DNA from: Balanoglossus misakiensis | Lineage: Eukaryota > Animalia > Hemichordata | DNA: 64,000 nucleotides | NCBI GenBank assembly: GCA_040954595.2 | Contig: CM082586.2 | Coordinates: 4,012,349 to 4,076,348, forward strand | Direction: 5' to 3' | Shown: positions 1-15,000 of the stretch, piece by piece | How positions within the stretch are numbered: position 1 is the stretch's first letter | Layout of the letters: each line of letters starts with the position of its first letter | Made by a program: the position numbers and the translations under genes | Notes under the pieces: model-generated | What the model was told of the DNA's origin: nothing | The model's database searches: none | Seen by the model: only the letters and a program-made list of their open reading frames with translations

Positions 1-3000
1 AATTTTGATCGAGTTTGTTCAGCTGTGCTGTGCAACAGTGTCATCGTTTGGTGTCAAAGGTCGTCCGCAAAAGTGGGTCACTACGCAGTGTGTCAGAAAC
101 ACTTGACGGGTAAGTCGATCTGACTGGTACATTGATTCGGTTCATGTATTTTTTTAAGAGTAGCCATTCCAGATGTATAGCTAGCTATGTGAAATTTCTC
201 TTTGTAAACATTGCATGTGTTGACACTATATTCAGAGCAGAAAGTCCAAGCAAATTCTACAATGAACACCACAGAAACACTAGGATCTTGCTTCACCCTG
301 CTATGTACCTTTAGCATCTCATGCAGTGGTTGCGAAGGTCCCCGGCAACCATTGAGACCTGCTGTTTGGACCACGACCCGACATCCATGTAGATCCAGTT
401 CAAGTCGAAGATGACACATTTGCAGCACAAATAAATATGATAAGCAAAAATGAGTGCTTACACTAACATAGATAATGATAGATACGTTCAATTGAGAAAT
501 AAATGTATAAAATTGATAAATGGTTATTTTATATGATGTACAGGTACTTGTTAATGTTGTATGCTTGTCAAAAATACTTCTTTATGAAGTATTCAATAGA
601 GTTATACATAATATGACATGTCTTGTTGACATAAGAGATATTTATTAGCACTGGGTTAGGTCCAAGAGAAAGAAATCCTTTGTATGCCTTTCAGCAAAAA
701 AAAATGAATACATGTTTATGCATGGCTGATGGAATTCTTTCTGAAAACCTAAGTTTCATATACTGGTAGACTCTTTCTTTTGCAAATCTATTATTTTTTG
801 TCATTAATGCAAAGTTGTCTTGATGCTAGAAGTAACAGATAGTCTGTACGTCTGTTCTGTGAAGCTGCCACCAGCGAGGCAAATTGTGCAGTTTGTTCAG
901 TGACTGCAGTTGATATGAAAGTTGGACAGTTGCCAAGGAAAAAAATCTGGCAGGCTGCCAAAGGGCTAAGCGGTTCACACAATTCATTGTGCACGGAACA
1001 CAATCGCCGACTGAGGCAGAAGATTTATCCAATCAGTGGATTTCTTTCATACGGGCATCACTGCACAGTCCAATCAAAGCAGTTCTTCTACAGAGGTTTT
1101 AAGCTACATTGGTCCAATGGGGTTACTCTCAATTGCAAGCAGTGGCTGTGTTCAAAAAGGGAAATCTGTGACCAGAATCCGCCATAGTTGCATATTTCAT
1201 GTAAAAATTCAGTTGCCTTTGTGTTGATTTTGGTATACACATATCACAGATATACCTGAAATTTTCCTTTCACAATGGAATTCATGCACTATTCACTAAC
1301 CATGAAGTAATGGTTCCCATGCAATAAAATGGTAATATACGCTTAAATTTATTTGCTTGTGACTTACAACGATACATGAGAAAAAAGGACGGGGTCGTAC
1401 ATTCTTGTATAAAAGTCCCTGACTTCTTAAACCGTTGCTGGAGTGACCTCGAAAGGTGAAAAGTCATTGCTGGAATGTCCTCGAAAATTGATACTGCTAC
1501 CCTGGGCGGCACTGCGAAATTTCGAAATTATTTTCGACTCAATTACTGTACAACATCTTCTGTAAAATGGCATTTGAAATATCAAGTGATTGCATGTTCC
1601 TCATGATTCAATTTAGATTGCTCCAACTGTGTTGTATTCCAGTGTAAGTCTACAAAGATAGCCATATTTAGAGATTTGATCTGAATGAAATTAATAACCT
1701 GAGTGTAAGTGATACAACAAGTCCAATACTTCAAAATGCATGGAACAGCTTTCCCATGACCTTGAGAAGCCTGTAGAGGTCACATGAAAGTACGCCTCGA
1801 GGTCATGTTATACATATGGTAGGTCATGTGAACTAGTTGCCCTCGACAGAAGTAAAATTTGCGGGTCATATGAGGAAAACCGCATTAAAAACCATAAAAA
1901 TGAAATTTAATCAAATTTGGGCAGAATTTGATGTTTTTTATCGTGTACTGATAATTCTATTCAGGTGTTGTGTGTGGTAACTGTTCCCACCCCAGTGGAG
2001 TGATATTCTAAGCTTTAACTATACACACCCATAAATACTTTGCAACTCCGTCCCAGAGGCTGGGAACTGTCTGTGGGAAAGTTATGCAAACACTGGTCAC
2101 AGTGCTCAGACACAGTTACAGAGGATTCGAAAATGATATTCGGAATTCAACCGAATAAATCCAATCTTTACCACAGCATAGTCATGATTGGTGGGGCACA
2201 CAGATGCCGCATGTAAAGAGTATGTTACTCGACCAATCGGAAATCAGTTTACTGAATGTACAAAAGCAATACAAGTTCATTCTACATCTGTCAGTTGTAG
2301 AGAATTGTCTCGTAAATTGTCAGAAGCAATAAGTGATATCAAAGCTGACTATCCCATATACTATCCCATGGAAGAAAAATCACAATAGTACTGAAAAAAT
2401 ATCAGCTACTCAGGCTCTCAGTGACATAGATTTTACAAAGCAAGCATTTTGCCTTTTCTAAGGTGTGGCTCTGACATTCTGTAGCTGTGGACATAGATGT
2501 CTGCCTTGGCTGGGTTTTAGTACACAGAGCACGTACGCAGTTATCAACATTTGGCCGGCAATCCCAGGGACTCGATCCCAGAGCTCATCCTCGATACATA
2601 ATTTTTTTTTTTCCGCTTTTCGCGTAGATTTAGTCGGTAACAATTCACCCTCCAATGGAATGATGTCAGTCAAGTTAAAGATCTAATTATTCGAGCGAAC
2701 CACATTTCTGTAAAAAATTCACTGATCATTGTGTTGGAACAGATGCCTTTTTTATTTTGTCCTCGATGAAGATGAATTAGTCAAAATGTAAAAAAAAAAA
2801 TGAGGTTTTGAATGGCCTGGTTAGTAAGTATGTCATTGAATTGTGTTTTCTGAAATACCTAGGGAGCACTGCTGTATAACAAGTGAAACTATTAATATTG
2901 AGATTTAATGTAGGTCAAGGTAACCTGAAATGGAGATTATATTCATAGAATGTGTTGGTCCACGTCACTAGTGTGCACTGAAGTGTGTATGTGCATGTAA

Positions 3001-6000
3001 AAACATTCTGAAATTATATTTTTGCAATTTTTTTTACTGTTTCATTGGTTTTTTCTGACGGAAACGTGATTACGATTTAAAATATGACCCCGGCGAAGTC
3101 AGCTTTGAAAAGTGACCTAATTCTCGTTGTGGTCACAAAGAATGCAGTCCATTCAAGTGCTATTGACAGGAATGTTTGGAATCTGGCCAATAAATCGAGA
3201 CCTTTATACGCTCTGCAAATTTAGGCTGCAGAATTCTGACCTTTCTTGACATGGCCCGGCCAGAGCCAAGGACACATATTTTCAGCCGATGTCTAGCTTT
3301 AGGGCGTACGTGTCTGCTGCTGGACGTGGGTGTAACAGGCTGACAGATAGTCCCGTGTTTTAACGACTGCCGATTGTCCGCGAGTTGTCTCATTCTGTAG
3401 ACAACAGAACCTGTATTTAACCCAGCTTGTCAATTTTAATGCAATCGTAACTTCATAAACGGCTCTTACAGTAACTGCTTAACCCCCCCCCCCCCAATAT
3501 ATTAGAATTTTAGTCTGGAGAACCGGCCAGTTTATTAACGATTGAAGTACACACAATCATTTCTGTCAGGAGAAACAAATTTAATATGCATGCTCATTGA
3601 CATTAGATTCTGTTGTGCGAATTATTTCAAATCTCACAGAAAACTCCCTACTTTAAGACACCATTATGGAGTTCTTGCAATCTCACTTTGACAGCAAACT
3701 CTTTTTTGCCTTTTGCAGGAACAGAGAAAGCCCAGACTACTCCCCAATGTATTCTGTTGAACCAGTGCCCATACTGTGAACTGATCTGCCTACAAGATAC
3801 AGTCATCATATGGCCCAGGTCTGTAAAATTTCAATTCTTTAATGAGCTTTGGTAACAATTTTGATATGTTTTGCTTTTCGTTTGTTTTCTCACTTTTTGA
3901 GTATTCTTTACTGGTTGAGATGTGATGTTGGAAATAATTTTTGCTACATCAGTGAAAGTCATTTATTTCCAATGGGCAAACAAGAGCACAGTTGCAATGA
4001 CCACAAGAGGGCAGCATAGCAAACCATCTTTTCTGGGTATGACTTTCACCCGAAATTGTTGAAGTCAGAATCCACTTTCATGTGAAACAAAATAAAACCA
4101 AATTTTTCATCTCTGATGAATTTTTCCATTCACAGATACACTAGTAACGGGCAATTATTCTTGCTGTGGACACCAAGCACTGACACACTTCAAATAGTGA
4201 CATCCAGTAAGGGACTCATAGAGAAAAGAATTATAGGCAGAAATGAAGACTGGAACAGTATTTTACTTCAAAATATGGGAACCATATCAAAGGTACAAAC
4301 TGAAATCTGTTGTTTTGTGCATTTTTGTTCTGATTCTGTAGGAATGAGATTGTAGTACTGGGAGTAGATAAATGAACTAATCGTCTGAGGTTTTTGTCTC
4401 TAGGCAACCATTTCAAGGATAACTGGACTAATTAAGTACAAAGAAGATGCTTTACTGATTGGTGAAGATGGTAATGTGATGTCCTTGAACAGACATGGGG
4501 GTAAAATCATTGATTGTTGATTTGTAAAACAAGAACATTTGGTTGATTCATGGAACAGAAATTTCCATAATTCCTTGTACAGTTGTATATATATAAGGAA
4601 GCTTTCTGTTTGATTCCTGTGAAAGACTGTAAATGAACATTAATTTACCTAATCTAGACACAGTATGTCACTTTGCTTGGTAATAAAAAAAATTAGAGTG
4701 CAGTATTTATGTTTGCTGTAAAGTCAGAAATTTGCATTTTTTTGTATTTCAGTAGTAAGACAGAAATTTAAGTTGTCGAAAATGGATGAACTGGAGATAG
4801 ATCAAATCTGTGACTGGTTCATCTATAGATTTGCATTAGCTGCTGTAACTTCATCTCAGATTATAAGGTGAGTGCTTCCCAGAATTCGGCGTATCTGTGT
4901 ACATGCTTCCAAAATGCACCATTGCATAAATTCCTGTATTGTGAAATTGTCTTTTGGGTTCAACCACACAATGTGCTAGGACTTGTAGCTTTGACAAAAC
5001 TTCCACAACCCTGTTTATGTATTAAGAAGTGTCGATGAATTTGGTCTAAACATTTGGTTTCAGATTTTACAGTTTGGATACGGGAGCTATGCTGTATGAA
5101 CTCAACTTTTCAGAGTATGGAAGCGTTCTTCACCCAGTGCCAAGACATGGCAGCACGGATATGATGGTTTTATGGAACCAGACAACCCTCAATTGTCTTC
5201 AGGTAGAGTTCTGTACATGTAGTGTGTTGCTGATGGCTTTCTTTCAGCGTTATACGGACTTGTATTCAACAGTGTTGTCATGGACGAAGAATAGGCCTGT
5301 CGCTTAGCAAGGGTTGCTAAGTTTTTCCACTATAACTGTGTGTGATGTCATAACTCACAGTTTGTGGAAATACTTAACCATCCTTTGCTGTCAGTTCAAC
5401 GAAGAAATCTTGAGAACACGTACAAGTCACAAGGTGTCAAAAATGCTTCAGAATAATTATTTCTCACTGTGAGACTCAACATGCTGGTTTTTGGGCATTG
5501 GGCTATGTCTGTAGAAGTGCCCATGTCAAGAAATATGGGTCCATAACACAAAGTTGATATGATGGCAGTATTGTAGCTGTTATAATATATTTGTAGTATT
5601 GGGAGTTCTGGTTACGACGCTGCTGTGATGGCACATGGTTCTAGTGGATGGTGGTGATGTGGTTTAGTTGATACTAGTGGGTTCCAAATGGTTTCTTAAT
5701 TACATGGCACCTGCTGCTATCAACTGATTCATTCATCGTGTGACGTCCATATGTTCATAACTGAGATGTTAGATCATTTATCGACTATCTCTTCTGGAAG
5801 CAGTTGAACTACTGGTACATGTATACCTGGAGAATCTCTTTGTCAATGGCACAGTCATTCTTCTTTTTCCTAGCTGTCTGTTCATTATTTCCCATATATT
5901 TCATGTACCAAAGAATTAATCAATGTACTTTAATATAATCATTATAACAGGAAAGATCAACAAGATTTGTATTTCAATTCAACCATCAGGTGTGTGAAGC

Positions 6001-8630
6001 TGAAAAATTGCAAGAGTACATTCCTACAAGTGATGCGGTTCAACTGCTTCGTCGCCATGGCAGTGATCACCAAGCAACGCACGCGGTTGTGGACAATTTC
6101 TGTAAAAATGATGATACAGTTCCTTTGCATGATAGATCCTTAGATTTCTTCAAATCGCCCACTGTTTTCCTGTCAGTACTACAGAAAGTAAGTTGTGAGT
6201 GTTATGTGTTGCATTGCGATTTGCTGTGTTGTGTTGTGCTGTCAGGCTGTGTTGTGTTATGTTATGTCATGCTATGTCATATATTTATGTCCCAGTGTTA
6301 TTAAATCATCACCTGGTACCTTGAAACAGAATACTGTGCATATCCTTCATGAAAATAACTTCTAAACAGTGCAGTCTATGTAGTTCTCTTGTATCATTGC
6401 AAAGTATGAATTTGACAGAATCTTCATTGTCTATCTCGGCAGGTTGAGAATTCCCAGAACCTAACTCAGAACATGGGAATGAGCGCGGACTTGGAACAGT
6501 CACTTGAGAGATACCAGAGTGGGAAGGCCTCTTTGATTGAAGACAAATTAAACGATGACCTAGCCGACCTTTTAGCGCAGTTTCTGACACTAAAACAGAC
6601 CCAAAAAGATGTGGTACTGGGAGAGTTGGTAAGTCGCACATGGCTTTTGTTCTAGGTACATTTCAAGCTTGTCAAGCCAAATGCATCAGATTGACTGAAA
6701 AGGATAGGATCTTCAACATGATGGTGTTATAAATGAGAAACACATCAATAAATTAACATAATCATTTTATTTTGGCAGAATACAGCCAGTTGTCATAGTG
6801 ATTTCAAAATACAGACACAAGTGATACATCTTTTGCAGAATCTAAGTCAGACAGGAAGGATCGGTAAGCATTCTACTATGTATGGAAATGTGAGATTGTC
6901 AGATCAACTTGTTTCACCGATGTTGGATTTTCCAGAAGGAACAGTTGTACACTGTCATCTTATTTCGGCTTCTGATATTTTGTGTAAACTTTCTCAATTG
7001 ATATTCATTACATATTTCATGCAGTGGATACAAAATTGTTACTGAATGTCTCATTGATGTTTTTTCTTTTAATATTTAGAAACATGTGAAAGTCTGGAAG
7101 TTCTGGCGAATCATTTTCCACGAGAAGTGACAGAGACAATGGTGTCATTACTGATAGACTCGGGCCAAAGCATTGGTAGGTATTACTCTGACCCTATTCC
7201 TGATGTGTACCCATGTTGAAGCGCTTCTTGTAAAGTATCACGATTTTAATTTCAGACGAGAAGCTGTGGTCATTTGTGCTGTCAACAGAAACTGCCGTGA
7301 AGTGTACACCAATCTTTGAACTCGTCTGTAGACTTCTCTTTACTGAGCAGCCACAAAAACTGGTAAGATTAATTTAAACAAATAATTGAACTCCATACAA
7401 ACCATGCTGTTGATAGGGTTAAACACCAAAGATACAAAATTGCATTATTCCCAGGGTTTCCAACCAATGTCACGAGATTTAACCAAGCTTTGTGTTCTTT
7501 CACTATTTCTTTCTGTCAGCTGGGGTTTGTGCAATTGGCCATGCAGAAAAAAGACAATGCTGTAAGTGTGACAGCTTTCACACGCAAGAAGGAAAAGGTA
7601 AATATCTCACAAAGAGCCAATACCATTTGGCTATTTTATCAGAATTTTGTTTGTGTGATACATGTATGTGCGAGGATATAAACACTAAACATTTAATCAT
7701 GCAAGTAACATGCAGTTGCGTCTTAATACCCATTGTCGGAACTGATTTGCATTTGGGCCAAACACAGAGTATGATTTCAATTTAACAAGCAAATATGATA
7801 AACTTTTTCCAACAGCTTGAACTTTATGAAAGAGCGTTACAGTGTTTACCGTGTGTTGAAGATTCCAAGAATTGGACAGATGCTGTCAGAAGTCAAGTGC
7901 AATTGATTTTACATTGGTGAGTCATTTGAATGTTACTGTAGAACTTATTTGTTTGTTTGTATACAATTTTCCTAAAGTTTGTTTACATATATTTTTGTTC
8001 ACTTTCAGCAATGAGGATATGTATTGTGTGAGGAAGGCATTGCTGCTATTGTTAGAATATGAATTGTGGCAAGATGCTATAGAGTTGGTACAGGAAAATG
8101 CAGATAACAATCAAAATCATAATGAACTATTCCATCTACTACTGGTCAAAATTCTCAAGGTAAATAATTTAAACTCCAGTAATTGTAATTCCAGGAATTG
8201 GGCTATTTTTATGTTCCATTTGGTATATGTTTATTGCGTATATGTGAAGTTTGTACTGTTATTCAATTTCTGTAGGAACCCAGCGTTCTGAACGCATTAT
8301 ACGATGATGTGTGGAATGTTATACCGCAAAACATGAGGTAAGTGTGTGTCATTGTCAAACTTGTACTTAAGAAGTTGAACAAGGACCTGCATTGGCTTGG
8401 GGAATAAAAATAGTGGTCAAAGTAGCCAGACACTGTGTAACGAGGTTTAATGTGCGACATACTTTTTTGTGTGTTACAGTGTCACTAATTTGTTGCAAGT
8501 TTTGGAAGAGAATATCAACCAGGAGAACTACAGGATATGCTCTGCAAATAGAGTACAGTGCGACAGAACTGAAGATGTCCAACTAGTGGCCGTTCAGTCA
8601 CAACTACTTAAAATGCTACAATCACAATAG
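1..8630 (+). CDS. HPS6: HPS6 / BLOC-2 complex subunit, multi-exon, 5' end upstream of window
   Basis: Phase-consistent GT-AG exons: 1-109, 3719-3818, 4136-4292, 4404-4500, 4753-4867, 5064-5202, 5990-6187, 6443-6628, 6779-6863, 7080-7175, 7256-7362, 7520-7597, 7816-7916, 8009-8159, 8276-8337, 8480-8630 (TAG). Peptides VIVWCQR..YAVCQK, ILLNQCPY, LFLLWTP, PIFELVCRLL..P..LLGFVQLAMQ, LYERALQCL, ELWQDAIEL, ELFHLLL follow the order of recalled human HPS6 motifs (VWCEER, VLLHHCP, LLIWSP, PLFELLCQCL, FVELAQQ, LYRRALAVL, EIFKLLL). Confidence 0.85.
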
Positions 8631-9069
8631 TGGCAAGTGCAAAGCGTATGTAGAGAGTCACAGTCCCTTAAAGGGAATATTCTCTTCACCAAGCAACATT
8701 AGGGCCACAGTTTGGGAATGTTCCAGGTTTGTGTGAACAGAAAAAAAAAACTTATAATAAGAAACTTAATATGAACATTTACAGAATTCTTTTGATATTG
8801 AAATCACATTCAGAAAGAGTACATTACATGCTTTCCAAAATGCAGGTGTTTATTATAAAACTTTTTATCATTTGTTATCAAAGTTCTATCTACTTTCAAA
8901 CCATAGATATACCCGCCAATATTGGGTTGGGTGATTAGTTTGAATTATTGAGCCGTTGTGCATGAATATATAAAGACCAATATGCTCTATAGCATATAAC
9001 TGTGTTGTTCTCACGTCTTCCCGGTTGGCTGTGTTCAACTGCATTATGGGAAGGTCATTGCTGGTAGCG

Positions 9070-12000
9070 TTATTTGCATCTTGACCCGATGCATACATCT
9101 CTGGTTGTTGCAGTGAATGCAGTCAAATGGTTGCACTGACAAACAGTTGACGTCATGTTCGATGTTGGCGATACCTAAAATGTCAAAAAAAGTGTAATAA
9201 CGATGTTTTTTGTCGTTGGTAATGGAGGAAAATAGAAAATTTATAAAGGACACTAACAATTTATTTTCTTCATTTACCTTACAACCGTCCTTGCCCCATG
9301 TTTCAGACTCTGAGTCCATAAATTTACACGTGGCCTGCTTGACGATCATGGAGAACTTCACACCACGTTCTGCGTTGCAAAGAAAAGGGAACATTACATT
9401 GCAGGCAAAACTACTTTATATATACAACAGGTATGTAGTTCCCAATGCGATTTTCATTGAATTGGACGGGTTCATGACTTTCGCTTCTGCATTTTTGAAT
9501 ATGTGTTATTCAGCATGTTACCAAAAAGACAGTTGTTAAAATAAGTACTTCATATAGAGAAATCAAAGGCATCAAAACAATACATTTTATTTACAACGTA
9601 CCCTCCGGGATGACAAACGTTAAATAATACTCTCCGGGACTGACAAAGCTGTATTCCGGAATGAATATGCTGGAATGGTTCCCAGAGAAGTGGATCTCAG
9701 CGGAAAAGTCATACCCTCGGTAACTGTCAGAATACGGGACCTGTTCCGTAAAGATATACGCTGTAGTATTTCCGTGTATAGTTCGGGAATTTTCCATCAA
9801 GATGATGACTGCATAAACAAAACTGCGAACCTACAACAGACAATAGCAAATTCGGAGTTACATACAATAACTGTCCATCCATCCATACATACATACATAC
9901 ATACATACACACATACACACATCGCCTAGAAGACAATCACGATATGTAGATAGGGCAATCGTGCCATACCTGAATATTCATGCCATAGTATGTCGCGTTT
10001 TCATCTTCCAAATGCAGACCTTCCAAAAGGTGACTGTTGTCAGTTGGAGGAGGATCTGTGCCAAACATGATACGGATGTCTTCCTTTGTGTCCTTCACTA
10101 ATAAGAAATTTGACCAAATGTGTATATCATACTGTCAGTATACAAACACCCTGTATTTTCGTGTAACCTATCAAACTCTGGTGGAGACTTGTCCCTATAG
10201 TCAAATTCATCACAAACACTTTCATTTTAACATGTACTCTGAACTAACTGAAGAATTTGCATTCCATCTTACCTGTTATTTCATTACCACCTCTATCAGT
10301 GAACACCAAACTCAATACATCATATTTGGGAAATCCGTGGTTACCAGATAGGAACGGCGTCCTTTTCAAACGTGTGGCCTGTAAATTATGATTTATATAA
10401 CATTTGTACTTTATCATTGACCATTATTGTTAGTGTGGACGGAGAATACATAACGACCAGCGTTTCCTTGTAGGGGGAGCCTATATACAAAAGCCATTCA
10501 GATTTCTTCAATACAACAAGGAGATAATCATCAACACTGGATTTTGCCTTTTCTTGTCAATTACCCTGCTACATTATTGAGAAAATTCACTTATTGAGAA
10601 GATTCAACACGTTGGGATATCGATAGTCCTTATTACACTTACAATTCGGCTTACGCCCATTGCAGAGGTATCGGTTGAAAATATCTTATCTGCAGGTGGA
10701 ATGTAGAAACCATTGCCATCTTCAAGTCCTAAGGTGGTGTTGGCAAGATTGTCAACAGAGTCCGTATCCAAGACCAAATGAATAGCTGGAGTATCCAAGA
10801 CAACGTGTCCTGTATCATTTTCCATATTTCGTAAAACCATCTTTCCTAGAGTATTGGTGGTGTCAAGTGTGGCTTTCGTCATGATGTCCATGTCATTTCT
10901 GTTCCGTTTATTTTCTGGAGTTGACGACATCAATTCTGAAGTGGTTTCACCAATAATTTGTAACACATCTGGGAAAATGAAAATAATAACAGTATGGAAT
11001 ATTGCATGACAGTTCGTGGGTGATTTAAACATCACATGTCCAAATTAACCACCACTACACACGTCACTTGACGTTTTTTTTACAAGTAATCAGAGGTTGC
11101 CATCCACTGGTATAAAAACAAACGCCGCTATTCGGTGTACTGTCGCTCACCTAGGGCAATAGAACGACTTTCTTCCGGGGACACTACTGCTTTGTCGAAT
11201 TTAGAGATAACGCTGGACAAATGAGCAAAGTATTCAGCCACCTGTTAGTCAGAAACAAAGTAAACGTTATTATTCCAAAAACGCTGTACAAATAAGAATG
11301 TAAAAGCTTGCATGTTTCTTGATAATTGCTACTTACCGAAGCCAACGATATGTCCAACTGTGATCCATTTGAATTTTGAACCAACGGAGTAACTATGCCT
11401 AGAACCCAGAAAAATAAGTATATGAATATTTGTCCGAACATGCAATGTATGTTTTAAGATTTCGCTTACCAGATGTGGAAGTTGGTTGATAACAAGTACG
11501 TTTCCAAGGTAACTGTGGTGGTTAAATTTGCATAGTTGACCGAATACCCTTAAATCAAAGCAATATTTCACAATAGAAAAGAATCATAACTTTCAATCTC
11601 GTACCCTTTACTTCAACAGTAAAATTACAAACTGCCTTATTTCCAGACGGGTCTTCGGCTTCATAAGACACCACTGTGACACCCAAGGTGAAATTACTAC
11701 CTGGGTCGTGGGAACCGGAAACGCTAACATGTCCGGAATTATCAGTAGCATACGGAAGTGACCAGGTCACACTTGCTGAAGGCTGTTCAATGTACGCTGT
11801 GGTGTTGATATCCTTCGGGCAGTTGATGGTGGGCTTGTCATTTTCTGTAGATATGAAATACACATTGTTGAAACACAGTCAGTAGTAAGTAAGAAGAAAA
11901 CGTGGTCATGCTTCGTGCCACAACCTTTCATTCTTAGGGATAAAGTAGATCGCCATCACATCATAAACATGTACATGTGTACAATAATTTTCGGCCTCAA

Positions 12001-15000
12001 AGAAGTACTTTAGAAACCAATTAGACATTGTAGTTTAGATAATTTGCATGATTGTAGGTCTATGGACAACCTTGGGTTCTACTTTAAAATCTTTCAGACA
12101 CATCACACCCGCTAATAAAACAATATACACTGAAGACCCTTTACTCATTTTAACAAGGGTATCTTTGCGCGTGTGGTGTTTGTATCAGGGACCCTCTTTC
12201 GTCCCAGACAGGAACTACATGTATTCAAATTTCACGACAAATATACTGAAATTAGCGAACTTTCCTCAACAGGACAGACTAAACGAAGATCATAACAAAC
12301 ACACCTTCAACGATGACGTTCATGTTACACCATGCAAACGGCTTCAAAACATTTCCGTAAAAAATCGTCACAATTGTTGTACCAATAGCGAAGTCGCTTC
12401 CGGGTTCATGGCTGCCAGACCAGGTGACGTCATCTGTGTCTGGCCAGGTCCAAGTCACATTAGCTGAGTCCTTTCCAGTGTGGGTGTCTGTTACAATATC
12501 TTCTGGGCACTTTATTGTTGGGATTGTGATGCATCTTGCGTCGCCCACAACAATAGGGAATGTATAATCCCAATTGTAGATGTCACCGCTCATAGAATGG
12601 CCATGAACTTGTGCTATATCGTCACTAGCCAGAGCTCTGGACCACAGGTTAAATTCTGCCATTTTACCGACGAATCCACCATCTGGTAAAAAGCCCTGGT
12701 TGATTTGCGTCAGATACTGTCCTAATGCCAAGGCACCATCACCAGTAATTGTCTGCCCAGCGTTAGACATCGTGGTTGTTGTGACAACAAGGCCGTTGTG
12801 GTAGAAATGAAGCCTGCCGTCGGTAGAAGACCACGCATAGCAAACGTGATTCCAATCACCATTATTTACTCTCACAGATGAAGTGGTCTGTTCGTCCATT
12901 AGGTAGAGACTCATGAACCCGTTGACAATGCTAACAACGATTTCCCTCACTGTGTCATCAGTTGCATAGCTGAAGATACCTTGGGTTGCTATAGTGTCGT
13001 TAGTCTGAATCCATACACAGACAGTCAGAGCAGTTAGATTAGATACAGATGCTGCCAAATCGGCTTTCGTATCCTGGCTCTGAAACTCGAGCATTTCAGT
13101 AGCTACAATGAATCAAGCAAAATGAATCTTGTTATCAGTAAAACATAGCCCAGTATATTGTCCGACATATTGATATTTAGACATATCATTCGTAACGCAT
13201 CAGAAAGATAAATAACAAATAATTCATTTACGGCAAAATCCATTCGTCCATAAACATTTTCATATATCCGTGTGTCATTATGTGTCAGTAAGTGTTAAAT
13301 CTACATTGTTAAATAAAATTGTATCAGTATAATGTATAACATTATTTAGTGTATAACAGCTTCTAACAAGATTGAATGAGTATGCAAATTGTATGCATAA
13401 GTTATGCAAATGATCAGAATAATTTATTCATAAGTTATGCAAAATGGAATAGTCCCCATCAAAGTCATCTTGTGTAGCCTTAGATTACTTACCTGTGGTT
13501 ATTTTGTACACCATGTTGGCCCCTACCCCTCCTTCAGCGGATGCACAATCACCGGACGGACCATAAATTCTGTATGTATCTTCTGCATCTGCACTCGATG
13601 CACACAATCCGCCATTTTGTAGGGCAAACATTGTGAAGCCTCGAGACTTGGCAACGTCCCTGCACTTCTCTAAGGCGTCGGTTCTGGAGGAATACTCACC
13701 GTCCAGTCTGGCGTCCTGGTGTTCTAATGATGGTATCGTCGCGTTTCCTGAAGGATCACTCCAGCATCCATACCCCAGTAGGTCGATATCTGCACAGGTG
13801 AATTAGGCCGTTATCTCTCAAAGATCCTGTTATAGATTGGTTCTTACTAATGAATACTAATGAATTATATATTTTTTAATCTCTGTAAGATCCCTGCTAT
13901 TTCTGCATTATGTTGTTTTCTTGATGCTAACATTTATCAGCATTTGTGTAATTGTAAGTTTTAGTCATCCTGCCCATATTTCTTCTACAATACAACTATT
14001 TGGGTTCCTTTACTTGTGATTCGTCAGGGCGGCATTACTATTTTACAGAGGTGTCCTCGACATTTTGGCATAGGCCTACCGTTAAGCCAAAGTCAAACGC
14101 ATGCTTTGTGCATTATTGTGAGTCACCCCCCCCCCCCCCCAAATAACACGTTCACAACTTACGGTAGCACATCGGAACAGGCGAAGTGACATTCGCGTCA
14201 TAGCAGCATCCTTTCTCATAACACTGTTGAACTGTGATACCATCCCAACCACAGTTCACTCGTTCGGAATTCTGGATGAAGTTATTGCAGTTGCATGCTG
14301 AGAAGAAGAAAAATATAATACTGCATGCATGCAACCAGTGTCTCAGAACATAAACCGGAAAACTGCGCACACTCGTCTTTTTCCCATAGGATTACATTGA
14401 TAATTGCTAGTATAAAACAAACTTCTGCTATTGTCATTGTCACGACATTTTCCCATACCTCAGACCAGTATATATAAATTCATATTAAAATCGTGTGGTC
14501 ACCGCGCTCTATTTTGAGATAAATTTCGTTAAAATATTTGCCCATAGACAAACCATTCCTGAGAAATGCTGTGGCAGAAGTTTTCTTCTATTATCGACTA
14601 AATAATTTTATATGGCCATAAACTTTCATCTTGTATGCTTTTCATCATTGTTTCTCTATCAAATCAAGAAGTCGGATATTTCAATGTCTCTTTCATAGTC
14701 TGTAACACCTGGATTTACCAGAAACTGCCACAGGCGATTTTACCTGGTCTTGGGATGATTCCTGAAACCGATTTTGGATCTCGGTCTCTTCTTTTTGGAA
14801 CTTCATACTTCAACCAACAATATTTTGCATCTTTGAAAGTCCAAGCGACACATTGACTGTTGCCCGTGCAATCCTCACAACATTCAGTGGCGTTTTTCTT
14901 GGCATTTTTATATCCAGACCCCAAACCATTTCCTGGCATGCGGACTCCATACTCCAAGTTGCAAGCTGTAGATAAACCGTATTAGGCTGTAATGTTCGTA

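Noticed and set aside
5395-5470. Possible extra HPS6 exon
   Set aside because: The flanking exons already join in phase 0 and the donor is weak.
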